A DNA stretch of 64,000 bases. Origin: Candidatus Bathyarchaeota archaeon. Lineage in GTDB: Archaea > Thermoproteota > Bathyarchaeia > Bathyarchaeales > Bathycorpusculaceae. Location: contig CAVRZF010000013.1 in assembly GCA_963725715.1 (NCBI GenBank), forward strand, positions 24,586 to 88,585, written 5' to 3'. A model generated the notes under the pieces. The model saw only the letters and a list, made by a program, of their open reading frames with translations. It was not told the DNA's origin and ran no database searches. A program made the position numbers and the translations under genes. Below, piece by piece: positions 18,732 to 29,194 of the stretch. Numbering within the stretch: the stretch's first letter is position 1; each line of letters opens with the position of its first letter.

Positions 18732-20669
18732 TTAGTTTGACTTGACGGTGTAGGGTAGCAAACCGCCTTCGAACATTATGTCTTTCTGCCTCTTAGACAG
18801 GTTATACGTCAACTCAATGTTAAAGTTCTTGGATTTATCCACTAAAATTACAGGCTCGTTTTTTTGAAGTTTCTTTTTGAGGTCGGGTATTTCAATTTCG
18901 TCGCCTTGTGCTATTTTGTCATAGTCAGCCATATTCTTGAAGGAGAAAGAGACTATACCAAAGTTGACAAGGTTAGCTGCATGGATGCGCTCAACCGATT
19001 TGGCTATGATTGCTTTCACGCCAAGATACATTGGACAAAGTGCCGCATGTTCTCTGGAGCTTCCCTGACCATAGGATTCGCCTGCAACGATTACTGTGGC
19101 TAAGCCTTTCTTTTTGGCATCCATTGCTCGAGTTGGGAAGGCCTTGTCTATATTTTCAAAAACATATTTTGCGTACTCGGGTACATTAGAGCGGTACTTT
19201 AATCTGGCTCCTGCAGGCATGATGTGGTCGGTTGTAATTTTGTCACCAACCTTTATGCCTACTACACCTTTGATTTCATCTGGCATTTTGTCGTTGACTG
19301 GTGGCGCACCAATATTTGGACCCCTCACGATCTCAACGTTTTTGTCCCCTTCCTTGGGGAAAATGAACATAGAGTCGTCAATTAGGAATTTTGTTGGCAT
19401 GTCTACTTTGGGGTAAGGTATACCCGCTTTTCTCGGATCAGTTAACTTGCCTGTTATAGCTGAAACTGCCGCTACCTCGGGGCTTACAAGGTAGACCTGG
19501 GCGTCCTGGGTGCCGCTTCTTCCTTCAAAGTTTCTGTTGCTTGTACGGAGCGATACGCCTGTACTCTGGGGGCTTTGGCTGTTTCCGATGCAGAATCCGC
19601 ATGTTGCCTCCAAGAGTCTGGCCCCTGAGTCTAGCAGGTCAAGAATATAGCCGTCTCTTGCCACCATCTGAAGAACCTGTCTTGAGCCCGGCGCAACACC
19701 AAAAGACACGTCTGGACTTACTTTTTTACCCTTCAGGATTTTGGCCACTGTTGCTATTTCTTTATACGAGGAGTTGGTGCAGGAGCCAAGCATAATTTGA
19801 TCTACTTTGAGGTCTTTCATTTCGCTAACTTTAACTATGTTGCCTGGGCTATGGGGCGCAGCTGCAAGAGGCTCAAGGGTACTAAGGTCAAGTTCGACGA
19901 CTTTGTCATATTCTGCATTATCATCTGCCTTGAGTTCAACCCAATCAGTTTCTCTTCCCTGTGCCTTGAGAAACCTGCGCGTTTCCTCGTCAGACGGAAA
20001 AATTGAGGTCGTGACCCCCATTTCTGCACCCATGTTGGTGATTGTCGCCCTTTCTGGCACAGTGAGGTTTTTTACTCCCGATCCAGCGTACTCTATGATT
20101 ACACCAACATTCCCTTTCACCGTGAACATTTCGAGCATTTTTAGTACAACGTCTTTGGCGGTAACCCAAGGCTGGAGAGTGCCTTCTATATTAATCTTGT
20201 AAACTTTTGGGCAAGTTATGTAAAACTCACCTCCGCCCATAGCTACCGCAACATCCAGCCCACCTGCTCCAATCGCGATCATACCGATTCCGCCGCCAGT
20301 GGTGGTATGGCTGTCGGAGCCTAGAAGGGTTTTTCCCGGTTTGCCGAACCTTTCAAGATGAACTTGGTGGCATATGCCGTTTCCAGCCTTCGAGTAAACG
20401 ATACCATATTTTGCTGCCACTGTTTGAAGATATTTGTGGTCGTCCGCATTTTCAAAGCCCACTTGAATGGTATTGTGGTCTACATAACTAACTGAAAGTT
20501 CAGTCTTGACTTGTTTTAAACCCATTGCCTCGAACTGCAAGTAAGCCATCGTTCCTGTAGCATCTTGAGTTAGGGTTTGATCGATTTTTATACCTATTTC
20601 GTTGCCTGGTATGTATTCGCCTACTAACAAATGATTTTCCAATATCTTTTGAGTAAGGGACTTGCCCAT
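18732..20669 (-). CDS. acn: Aconitate hydratase (~645-aa single-chain type)
   Basis: QDATG, GSDSHT, GSCTN, CGFCIG, NRNFEGR, TTDHI and [10 protein letters not shown] motifs. Confidence 0.92.
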   Translation of the reverse strand: MGKSLTQKILENHLLVGEYIPGNEIGIKIDQTLTQDATGTMAYLQFEAMGLKQVKTELSVSYVDHNTIQVGFENADDHKYLQTVAAKYGIVYSKAGNGICHQVHLERFGKPGKTLLGSDSHTTTGGGIGMIAIGAGGLDVAVAMGGGEFYITCPKVYKINIEGTLQPWVTAKDVVLKMLEMFTVKGNVGVIIEYAGSGVKNLTVPERATITNMGAEMGVTTSIFPSDEETRRFLKAQGRETDWVELKADDNAEYDKVVELDLSTLEPLAAAPHSPGNIVKVSEMKDLKVDQIMLGSCTNSSYKEIATVAKILKGKKVSPDVSFGVAPGSRQVLQMVARDGYILDLLDSGARLLEATCGFCIGNSQSPQSTGVSLRTSNRNFEGRSGTQDAQVYLVSPEVAAVSAITGKLTDPRKAGIPYPKVDMPTKFLIDDSMFIFPKEGDKNVEIVRGPNIGAPPVNDKMPDEIKGVVGIKVGDKITTDHIMPAGARLKYRSNVPEYAKYVFENIDKAFPTRAMDAKKKGLATVIVAGESYGQGSSREHAALCPMYLGVKAIIAKSVERIHAANLVNFGIVSFSFKNMADYDKIAQGDEIEIPDLKKKLQKNEPVILVDKSKNFNIELTYNLSKRQKDIMFEGGLLPYTVKSN

Positions 20670-20929
20670 TAACACTCTCCTCTGGAAAGATTTGTTATAT
20701 TTATGCCTATAAAGGTTGCCAATTTGAATTACGCAAATAATAGAAAAAAACGTTTTAAGTAAACAAATGTGCAATTTACGTAATATAATTGGGAGAATTT
20801 ATAATAATAAAAAATAAACCAGTTATGCTAATACATTCATTACTGGTTTGCACGTTACACACTTTCTTCAAGCTAATGCCTAATCAGCATATTGGGTCTT
20901 CTGAACAAATTATAAAAAAAGACCTTTGC

Positions 20930-22849
20930 TTATTTCTCCAAGATTGCGATGCTGGCAGATTTTTTTCTTTCAAAAAATAAAAGCGCAAGTGAAAGACCTG
21001 AAATTAAGGCGATTGCCAAAATAACGTATGGCAAATACCAGTCGTTTGAAACGGTTATTTGGGGGCTACTTAGTGGCGTTTGCAAGGAATTGTTTACGTT
21101 TTGGTATTGTAAATTCTTGAAAACAACCGCGTTATCAACATTGTTTGCGACCAATATCGCCAATGCGTTAGAACGGGTTATCATGGTACCTATAAGAGTG
21201 CCGTTTGCATCGGTTATTCTAGTTGTTATCTGATTAAATGACATATTCTGGGTGACATTGTACCAAATGTTCCCCTTAATACTGTCTGAAACATTCAAGA
21301 GCGCCGTGTCGATTTGGGTATTTTGCGTCATGTTAGCAATGTCATAGTTGTTCAATGCTTTCATATTTAAGGAGAAATTTTCTGGGCCGCTATTTTGAAG
21401 CAGGAAACAGAACTGATTGTTAATCGTTTGGTTAAAATCGCTAGGCAAAGTGAGAGGACCCATGCCATCAGGTACGTTTGTTGGCACAGTTTCTGTTTGC
21501 CCAGGAATATGAATTGTTCTCAGTTGCCTGCTCCGCCCTACAGTCAGGTTCTGCTCGCTACTGGGAACTGTTAACGTTTTTGACGAAAAATTTTGTGCCT
21601 CATGACCAGTTTGCAAAAGAATGAAATTGTAACTTAAAGAAATGTTTGTCTCCAAAGGAATGCTAAGGAAGTTGTCAACTCCCTGCAATGTAGGAAGAGT
21701 GTAATTTGCTGTATATGCTGGGCCGAAAAGATAGTAGATAATGCTTGTTTGCTTCAGTATATAGTTATAGTCGGGGGTTCCAAACTGAAGAAAAGATTGA
21801 GGTCCAACGAAAACTGTTAGGGTTTCACTGTCTGCTCCAACATAATCTTGAGTGCCACTCCAACTTGTTGTAATGTAATAGGTGCCTGTTGATGTGAAGT
21901 TCCAGGTGAATGTGTAATTGCCTAAACTATCTGTTTGGGTTTGATTGAAATGTGCAAAAGATTGATTCTGGTTAATGTAAACGTCAACAGTTTGGTTTGC
22001 CAAGGCTGGTGTAAGTGAACCTGAAATTACAAAGCCACGGGTACTGTTTTGAACGCTTGGCGGCTGTTCCAGTAGGTTAACGGTAATTGAGGATGGGAGA
22101 AGGTCTGTTCCCAGACTGGATGAAACTTGCCCTGATGGTGATTGCTCAATGGCGTTGAGGGGAATAATCTCTGAGTTAGCATTTGCCAACATCTCTGATT
22201 GGTCCCCTACTTTCCAGTCGCCTTCTGGAGTAGCTTCAGCTGTCCAGTACGTTTTGTTTTCGTATTCAAAACTGATGGCTGAGGCCAATATATTGTGGTA
22301 TACGGGCGTGTTTGGTAGGTAAACGCCTACATTTATGTGGCTAGGGTTTATGCCTGTGTAATGGATTAAAACAACGTCCAAGCCCCCAGCCATCATGATT
22401 GACGCTGCAAGCAGCGAGAGGGCAATACAGTCGCCTGAATTGTCTATGAGTGTTTCAACAGGGTATTTCACGCCGGTGATTTGATAGGGGATTTGGTGAA
22501 CCAAAGACAAAACAGAATCAGCGAACTGCTCATCGCTGTTGGGCAAATCACGGGTAACCTTTTGAAGGCTATCTGCAATGGGCTTTACGGCTTGCGGAGT
22601 AACATAATGAGCGAAATCTTCATTCGAATTCACCACATGCGTCAAATTACAATAATGATCGTATAACGAAGGCTGGACGGAAACGTACAATTTCTGCCCC
22701 AAAAACCCAAATTGCGATTGGAAACTAAAGTTCTTTTGGTAGTTACCAGCAACTGATGTAGGAACCACTATAGCAGGCAACAAAATGCATACTATCAGAA
22801 TGCTGATTTTAACATATTTAAAATGCATAATGACCAAGGCAGAATCCAA
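20930..22849 (-). CDS. Secreted, C-terminally anchored transglutaminase-like protein with Ig-like domain
   Basis: N-terminal signal, GDCIALSLL...SHINVGV...AEAT (Cys-His-Glu), TDSLGNYTFTW Ig-like strand, many N-x-S/T sequons, C-terminal TM helix plus basic tail. Confidence 0.75.
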   Translation of the reverse strand: MDSALVIMHFKYVKISILIVCILLPAIVVPTSVAGNYQKNFSFQSQFGFLGQKLYVSVQPSLYDHYCNLTHVVNSNEDFAHYVTPQAVKPIADSLQKVTRDLPNSDEQFADSVLSLVHQIPYQITGVKYPVETLIDNSGDCIALSLLAASIMMAGGLDVVLIHYTGINPSHINVGVYLPNTPVYHNILASAISFEYENKTYWTAEATPEGDWKVGDQSEMLANANSEIIPLNAIEQSPSGQVSSSLGTDLLPSSITVNLLEQPPSVQNSTRGFVISGSLTPALANQTVDVYINQNQSFAHFNQTQTDSLGNYTFTWNFTSTGTYYITTSWSGTQDYVGADSETLTVFVGPQSFLQFGTPDYNYILKQTSIIYYLFGPAYTANYTLPTLQGVDNFLSIPLETNISLSYNFILLQTGHEAQNFSSKTLTVPSSEQNLTVGRSRQLRTIHIPGQTETVPTNVPDGMGPLTLPSDFNQTINNQFCFLLQNSGPENFSLNMKALNNYDIANMTQNTQIDTALLNVSDSIKGNIWYNVTQNMSFNQITTRITDANGTLIGTMITRSNALAILVANNVDNAVVFKNLQYQNVNNSLQTPLSSPQITVSNDWYLPYVILAIALISGLSLALLFFERKKSASIAILEK

Positions 22850-22988
22850 TTTCTATTATTTGTCTCTCAGTGAAAGGCATTATTTATTTTTTGTGTTTAG
22901 AAACCGAAAACTTCCTCCAGAGCCTTAGATAGCTGATTTTAATTCAAATTACAAAACTATAGATGCTAGTAAGATAGGGGCTATGTTT

Positions 22989-23276
22989 TTAGCCCATGAT
23001 TGTTGGATGTGCATCTTCCTCGTTAATATGATGCATGACATGAACTGCTAATCCAGTAGCGGCACCCGCTGAGAGCCCAATAAGCAGATTATTTAGCCAT
23101 GCAAATTGACCTACTAAACCTAAAACTACCAGCGCATCAAAACCTAACGCAACTGCAAGGTAGCCGACACACCACATTTTAACACTCATGCCTCTTGGCT
23201 TGTTTATGCCAATTCCACCGAGTACGCCAAGCATAATTAGAAAACCAACTAGAGCATATATCCAATCGAAACTCAC
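22989..23276 (-). CDS. Small 3-TM membrane protein
   Basis: Three hydrophobic helices; GGTGA Shine-Dalgarno upstream of GTG. Confidence 0.7.
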   Translation of the reverse strand: MSFDWIYALVGFLIMLGVLGGIGINKPRGMSVKMWCVGYLAVALGFDALVVLGLVGQFAWLNNLLIGLSAGAATGLAVHVMHHINEEDAHPTIMG

Positions 23277-23430
23277 TCGTGTTTCACCTGCTTAGTCTGG
23301 CTATGTTGGTTAAGAGCTTAATTAGTTTATCGAAAACAAGCCTGCAATTAACGTTACAGAATTGTTAATCAAAGTACATACCGTTAGCTTTTTCTACTTT
23401 CAACGTAGAATCATAACTACCTCAAGGGAT

Positions 23431-25530
23431 GTGGATACATTAACTAAATTCGACCAGAGACACTGCCATAAATGGGCGCAACTCTTACTTGCAAGAAACT
23501 TGAAACTCGAACAAGCAATAACAGCCATAAAACAACAAAACTATGACTTGGCAAAACGGCTGGTTTCACAAATCTTTAACGGAGTAAACGGCAAGCAACC
23601 TGACCCAGGAATGGCTGGTTCCCTTCTGTACCACATGGCTATGGTCACAAAAATGGAATCTGAAACACGCATGCTAATTGAAAAGCTACATGCAAACCCA
23701 CCCAACATAGCAACAAAACTCAACAACATTTACTCTGATTTCCAATCTGACGCAAAAGAGCTAACTAAAGAAATTACAAATTTCACATTAAACCCTAACG
23801 AGATAGCCTTGACCCCAAATCTGGGAACAATAGATAAAATCAATCTCTTCAACAAATTAACAGCAGAAAAGAAAACGATTGAAAAACTTCTAAACAACAA
23901 GAATTCTGGCGCGGCGCAGGACGCATTAAAGCAAGCCTTCCGCAACTGGACAGATGAAATTATGAGGATGCGCCTAATTCAAGAGTACGAAACAATCAAA
24001 GGATTGCTCGTTACAGCTGAACTCGCTGAAAAGTTTGGTTTAGCAACGCTTGAGGATGCCATGCAGAGGGTGCAGGACAAATTCGGCCAAGAAACCGTCA
24101 ATATAGCTCTTGACGTAACACTTAAAGTTGGCATGAAAAGAGAGAAACTTCAATCAATCATGCTTAGCGACCACTTCATAAACTACACGATGAGCATCGA
24201 AACTCTAGACGGGCACATGGAATTTCTTAATTGTCCAATTTTTGGAAGCCACAAATACGCCCAACAACAATACGGCGTAAAGCCTGAAGTGTCAACCGTT
24301 TTTTGCACCCATTTCTGTTTCGCTCATGCCAAAGCCATGCTTGATACTGTTCTTCCTTTTCCATTCACGCTTTGGCAGCCTAAACTAATAGCAACCCATG
24401 GTAATTGCGAATACTACCTAAAACTTGCATATTCACCAACCGCACACCCCTCAGAACGCTTTGTTCCACTTGTCATGTCTTGGAACGTAACTCGCGAATG
24501 CAACATGAAATGTTCGCATTGCTACATTAACGCCACAGAGAAAAAACTTGAAAACGAACTCACCACTGAAGAAGCAAAAAAGCTCATGGACCAAATCTAC
24601 CAAGTCAGTAGACCACTGCTGATCTTGAGCGGCGGCGAACCTCTGATGCGACCAGACATTTTTGAGCTCATAAAGTATGGCTCAAAGATTGGTTTAAAGA
24701 TGGGGTTGGGAAGCAACGGAAGCCTCATTGACCTGGCGACAGCGAAGAAACTCAAGGAAGCGGGCATAACCACCGTTTCGATCAGTTTGGACTCAAACAT
24801 TCCAGCGCAGCACGACGAGTTTAGAGGCGTAGATGGCGCATGGGAAAAAGCCGTTGAAGCATGCAAAGCCCTAAGTCAAAACAATGTCCTTGTCCAAGTT
24901 AACACAACATTAACCCAGCAAAACTACAATCAAATAGACGATATAATGTCGTTGGCTGAAAGCATCGGCGTTGAAAACTTCCACCTGTTCTTCCTCGTAC
25001 CAACAGGTCGTGGAACCAAACTAACGGATATCTCACCTGAAAAATATGAAGAAATGATAACAAAAACCTTTGCGAAAGTAGCAAACCACAGACTAAACGT
25101 TCGACCTTCATGCGCCCCACAGTTTATGCGTATAGCCAGTGGTATGGGTTTAGACATGAGACAATGGATTCGAGGCTGCATCGCAGGACTATACTATTGT
25201 CGTATTTACCCTAACGGAGACGTCACACCCTGCCCATACCTGCCAATAAAACTTGGAAACATCCGCGAAGAAAGCTTCAAAGATATCTGGTTCAACTCTA
25301 ACATCTTCAAATCGCTAAGGGATCCAAACGCATTGAAAGGCAAATGCGGCGCCTGCGAATACCGCGGCCTGTGCGGCGGTTGTCGGGCACGAGCGTACGG
25401 TCTTTCAAACGATTTCATCGATTACTGTGGAGACCTTCATGAGCCCACAGAGTTGACAAGAGATTATCTGACTGAAGACCCATGGTGTATGTATCAACCA
25501 AAAAACAAATTGGAACTTGGTAAGACCTGA
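23431..25530 (+). CDS. Fusion: helical region + Cys-rich V4R/ATC-hydrolase-like domain + Ahb-type radical SAM/SPASM domain
   Basis: C-terminal WNVTRECNMKCSHC, SGGEPL, CAPQFMR, GCIAG and KCGACEYRGLCGGCRARA...DPWC; N-terminal ~340 aa with CPIFG...FCTHFC...GNCEY; start uncertain (23362 TTG or 23431 GTG). Confidence 0.85.
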   Translation: MDTLTKFDQRHCHKWAQLLLARNLKLEQAITAIKQQNYDLAKRLVSQIFNGVNGKQPDPGMAGSLLYHMAMVTKMESETRMLIEKLHANPPNIATKLNNIYSDFQSDAKELTKEITNFTLNPNEIALTPNLGTIDKINLFNKLTAEKKTIEKLLNNKNSGAAQDALKQAFRNWTDEIMRMRLIQEYETIKGLLVTAELAEKFGLATLEDAMQRVQDKFGQETVNIALDVTLKVGMKREKLQSIMLSDHFINYTMSIETLDGHMEFLNCPIFGSHKYAQQQYGVKPEVSTVFCTHFCFAHAKAMLDTVLPFPFTLWQPKLIATHGNCEYYLKLAYSPTAHPSERFVPLVMSWNVTRECNMKCSHCYINATEKKLENELTTEEAKKLMDQIYQVSRPLLILSGGEPLMRPDIFELIKYGSKIGLKMGLGSNGSLIDLATAKKLKEAGITTVSISLDSNIPAQHDEFRGVDGAWEKAVEACKALSQNNVLVQVNTTLTQQNYNQIDDIMSLAESIGVENFHLFFLVPTGRGTKLTDISPEKYEEMITKTFAKVANHRLNVRPSCAPQFMRIASGMGLDMRQWIRGCIAGLYYCRIYPNGDVTPCPYLPIKLGNIREESFKDIWFNSNIFKSLRDPNALKGKCGACEYRGLCGGCRARAYGLSNDFIDYCGDLHEPTELTRDYLTEDPWCMYQPKNKLELGKT

Positions 25531-25612
25531 TAGGACAAGAAAGAGGTAGCAAAAAATCTACTACAGAAAGTTATTTATAACATTGTTGTCTTTCAAAAAC
25601 TTTAATCGGCAG

Positions 25613-25769
25613 TTAATGGCTTTGGCAGCCCGCACACGCTCTCGGTGACTGTGGACGGCCAAAATCTTGGTCGCGAAAACATGGTAGCAGTCCACAAATC
25701 AAGAAACGGCAAAGATGAGCGAGCAGCAAACACTTACTTGAACATGACACACAAAGCACAAGCCATTAA
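25613..25769 (+). ncRNA. Candidate structured RNA / 5' leader of the MgtE-like gene
   Basis: 10-bp closing stem TTAATGGCTT/AAGCCATTAA; inner stems TGTGGAC/GTCCACA, GGCCAA/TTGGTC and CGCTC/GAGCG; TTTATAA box at 25574. Confidence 0.4.
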
Positions 25770-25829
25770 ATCTCTCAGATTAGCGCTCAAAAACACTGGT
25801 ACTAGCTGACAGTTAAGGAGGCAACCAGA

Positions 25830-27026
25830 ATCTCACATGGCCTCTCTAAGAATTTTCTGGGAATTTTCAAAGAAACAACATTAGCTTATTTTTTTGATTT
25901 ATTTGGATTAATTGCAGGTTTCCTAATTGCATACCAACTTGACCTGTTCACCCGTACACCATGGGCTTTGGCTCTTTATCCAACACTCATAAGCATAAGA
26001 ATAATTAGCGGTTTACTTAGCGGTCGCCTAAGCACCGCTTTGCATTTAGGGACAGTTTATCCACGTTTTTTTGGGAACACAAAAACGTTCTACAAGTTAA
26101 TTGATGCCGTTATCGTTTTAACTCTATTTACTAGTTTGACAGCGAGCGCAATTTCTATGCTTTTTGGTTACTTGCTTTGGGGTATAACACTAGCGGACTT
26201 CACAGCAATCATTTTAGTGATGGTTTCTACGCTGGCAATAGGCCTGCTTTTCTCTTTAGTCACTATAAAGATTGCATTTGTTTCCTTTAGCAGAGGCTTA
26301 GATCCAGACATTGTAGTTTATCCAATTATATCCACAGCCGCTAGCATCTTCATCACCCTTTGTTACATTGCAGTTTTAGATCTATTCTTCTTCTCAACAT
26401 ACTTCGGACGGCTAGCCATTATAGCCATAGGCTTAACACATGTAGTTTTAGTGCTATACCTAATAACCAAGAACAAGCGGGAGCCAGAGTTTATTAAAAC
26501 TATAAGAGAGTCGCTGATTATGCTAATGGTAGTTGCAGTTCTGGTTGCCTTAACCGGCACCATTTTCAAAGGAATCAACAGTTTTGCACAAGATCGAAAG
26601 GAAATCTATATAATTTATCCAGCCTTAATCAACATGGTAAGCAGCGTAGGATCAGTTGTGGGCTCGACGGCCAATACCAAGCTTGCTTTAGGTTTACTTA
26701 AGCCATCTTTCACCTCAATGAAAAACCATGCAAAAAACATTTTGAGCGCCGGTTTGGCTTCATTTTTAATTTTCACAATCTTAGCGCTCACATCATTAGC
26801 CATTAACCACGTGTTCGTTTTTTCAGGCGTGATAGATTTCTTGGCCATCATCTGGATATCTAACATAATATCTGTGATTGGCATAGTGTTGCTTTCCTTT
26901 GGTATTGCCATAGTAACATTCAAGAGAGGCTTAAACCCGGAAAACTTTGTTATCCCAGTAGAAACATCGATAGCCACTATAATTACTTCAACAGCTTTGT
27001 TGACTGCTCTATTCTTGATAGGATAA
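25830..27026 (+). CDS. MgtE/SLC41-family divalent cation transporter (duplicated membrane domain)
   Basis: SGRLSTALHLG, GLDPDIVVYP and GLNPENFVIP motifs; frame is open upstream of the annotated TTG (25968) to an ATC at 25830 preceded by GGAGG. Confidence 0.85.
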   Translation: MSHGLSKNFLGIFKETTLAYFFDLFGLIAGFLIAYQLDLFTRTPWALALYPTLISIRIISGLLSGRLSTALHLGTVYPRFFGNTKTFYKLIDAVIVLTLFTSLTASAISMLFGYLLWGITLADFTAIILVMVSTLAIGLLFSLVTIKIAFVSFSRGLDPDIVVYPIISTAASIFITLCYIAVLDLFFFSTYFGRLAIIAIGLTHVVLVLYLITKNKREPEFIKTIRESLIMLMVVAVLVALTGTIFKGINSFAQDRKEIYIIYPALINMVSSVGSVVGSTANTKLALGLLKPSFTSMKNHAKNILSAGLASFLIFTILALTSLAINHVFVFSGVIDFLAIIWISNIISVIGIVLLSFGIAIVTFKRGLNPENFVIPVETSIATIITSTALLTALFLIG

Positions 27027-27067
27027 TGAAAGAGTATAATTAAAATAATCAGGAACAGTATTTTACT

Positions 27068-28285
27068 TTGGAGATCGACCGAAAGGATATGCGGAAATTT
27101 GAGAAGTTAGAGTACAAACCTATCCCTGTTAGAGAGCTTTTGCTTGAAATGAAAAACCTCTCTGAACTTATGATTGACTTAGCATATTCGTCGGCGCTGT
27201 ACAACGACAAAGACCTCGCAGAAGATGTTATTGCGCTTGAAAGCCGAGTAGATACGCTGGCTTACCTTTTAGAAATGGAAATAATGGTTGCTTCAAGAGA
27301 CCCAAAAGATGCTGAGGCAATGGTCGGCATCTCCCGAGTAGCCTCATCTACAGACAAGATTTCGGATGCAGCCGCCGATATTGCAGCGATAGTAATTCGT
27401 AACATTGGTGTTCACCCTATAGTGGGGCAGATTTTTGAAAAAGTAGAAGAACGATTAATGGAAGTAACTGTTAGACCTAACTCAGTGATAGCTAAGAAGA
27501 GAATAGATGAACTTGACTTAGCGGCAAGAATGGGAGTTGATATAATTGCAATCCGCCGAAATCACGATTGGATACTCAACCCCAAAAAAACCGAGCGAGT
27601 CTTCCAAGGAGACATTCTAATTACCCGTGGAGCACATTCAGGCATCGAAGAATTCAAGGATTTGGCCGAGGGGGACCTTGCAAAATTAAATGTTGCAGAG
27701 CGAGTCAGATTTGAGGAGATTGTTTCAAGGTTCGTAGAACTTAAAGACACCTCAGAATTAATGTTAGATTTGGCTTACTCTTCTCTGCTTCTAAACAGTA
27801 AAGAACTCGCTGAAGAAGTCGAGCGCCTAGAAGAACGCATTGACCAGTTGCACACTGAATTCGAACTGCTCGCCCTAACAAGTGACTTTAAAAAAGAAGA
27901 GGCTTCAGGGTTCCTCGGTCTCATTCGACTGGGAGTGGCGACGGAGAAAATAGCTGACGCCGCTGCAGACATTGCTGAAGTTGTCCTAAGAGGCATCGAA
28001 CCGCACCCAATTTTGAAGTTGACTATAAAAGAGGCGGAGGAAACCGTTGCTCAAGCATGTGTTACAGCTGATTCGCCGCTCGTAAACAAGACACTGAAGG
28101 AAGCGCGTGTGCACGAGGAAACAGGTATGTGGGTTTTAGTGATTAAGAGAGCGGACAAATGTTTGCGCCCCAGAGCGGACTCAAAAATTGAGACCTGCGA
28201 CATATTGATTGCGTCAGGATACACTGAGGGCGCTGATGACTTAAAGAAACTGGCGTCTCCGGCTCAAACATGCAGAATAGATTAG
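27068..28285 (+). CDS. Tandem PhoU-like/TrkA-C (RCK_C) domain protein
   Basis: Two repeats: MKNLSELMIDLAYS / LKDTSELMLDLAYS, each followed by an RCK_C domain; typical partner of archaeal MgtE-like genes. Confidence 0.85.
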   Translation: MEIDRKDMRKFEKLEYKPIPVRELLLEMKNLSELMIDLAYSSALYNDKDLAEDVIALESRVDTLAYLLEMEIMVASRDPKDAEAMVGISRVASSTDKISDAAADIAAIVIRNIGVHPIVGQIFEKVEERLMEVTVRPNSVIAKKRIDELDLAARMGVDIIAIRRNHDWILNPKKTERVFQGDILITRGAHSGIEEFKDLAEGDLAKLNVAERVRFEEIVSRFVELKDTSELMLDLAYSSLLLNSKELAEEVERLEERIDQLHTEFELLALTSDFKKEEASGFLGLIRLGVATEKIADAAADIAEVVLRGIEPHPILKLTIKEAEETVAQACVTADSPLVNKTLKEARVHEETGMWVLVIKRADKCLRPRADSKIETCDILIASGYTEGADDLKKLASPAQTCRID

Positions 28286-28375
28286 TCAGCGTCTTTATTT
28301 CAAATTCACTAATGCTATAAGTCAGGAACACCCATTTCTAAGACGTGCAGCTATTCGTCTCGTAGAGGGATAAAA

Positions 28376-28705
28376 ATAACGTATACTTGTTCAAATCCCG
28401 CGTGCGGAAAAGTTTTCACTTCACCGCTTAAAACATTAAATCTTCAGCAGGATTCAGCAGAGCCATATGCCGCTTGCCCATATTGTTTAACAAAGGTAAC
28501 TGAGATCAATTTAGAGCCTGATTACGAAATCGAAACCCAAGAACCAGAAAATAATAAAAAGCAGACCAATAATAAAGACACACCGTCCGCATGTCAGTAT
28601 CATATGGGGTACTTAAGCGAAAAAGAACAAAAACAGCAAATTCCTGATGAATGCATTGTTTGTAAAGACATCGTTGAATGTATGCTCAGGAAAATGCGAG
28701 CTTAA
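28376..28705 (+). CDS. Double zinc-finger protein (absent from ORF track; probable ATA start)
   Basis: Open frame YTCSNPACGKVF...ACPYC...CQYHMGYLSE...IPDECIVCKDIVEC; no ATG/GTG/TTG before the first finger; GAGGG 6 nt before ATA. Confidence 0.75.
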   Translation: MTYTCSNPACGKVFTSPLKTLNLQQDSAEPYAACPYCLTKVTEINLEPDYEIETQEPENNKKQTNNKDTPSACQYHMGYLSEKEQKQQIPDECIVCKDIVECMLRKMRA

Positions 28706-28769
28706 TTAATTAAAACAGCTAAATTAAGAATCAAAAAAATTAAAGAATAATTGAGAAAATTAAAGGCTT

Positions 28770-29120
28770 TTACTTCTTTTTCTTTGTTTTGTCTTCGGTG
28801 GTAGCAGCTTCGACTGGTGTTGCCTCATCTACTTTTGCTTCTTCTCTTTTCTCTTCGATTTCAGTTGTAATTTCTTCGATTGGTTTTGGTGGCGGTGTTG
28901 TTGCCATTGTCCAGCCAATCCATGCACCTATTGCCAGAATAGCGATAAATGCTATGGATACAAGAATTAAGACAGTATTGAGTCTTATAGTATCACCACT
29001 AGCACCGCCTAAGATACCAGAAAAAATATCTGGTTTAATTACTAACACTAGAAAAGCAAGTATGACTATAACGCATACACCGAGTATTGCTCCACCTATT
29101 CCTTGATCTTTGCTAACCAT
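28770..29120 (-). CDS. Conserved archaeal 2-TM membrane protein
   Basis: SKDQGIG...WIGWTMATTPPPKPIEEI pattern. Confidence 0.75.
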   Translation of the reverse strand: MVSKDQGIGGAILGVCVIVILAFLVLVIKPDIFSGILGGASGDTIRLNTVLILVSIAFIAILAIGAWIGWTMATTPPPKPIEEITTEIEEKREEAKVDEATPVEAATTEDKTKKKK

Positions 29121-29194
29121 TTAAGTCACCACTTTATAGGCATGTATATTCTCAAGCAATTTAAAGTTTGTCATGATTTTCAGCGAGCGCTTGT

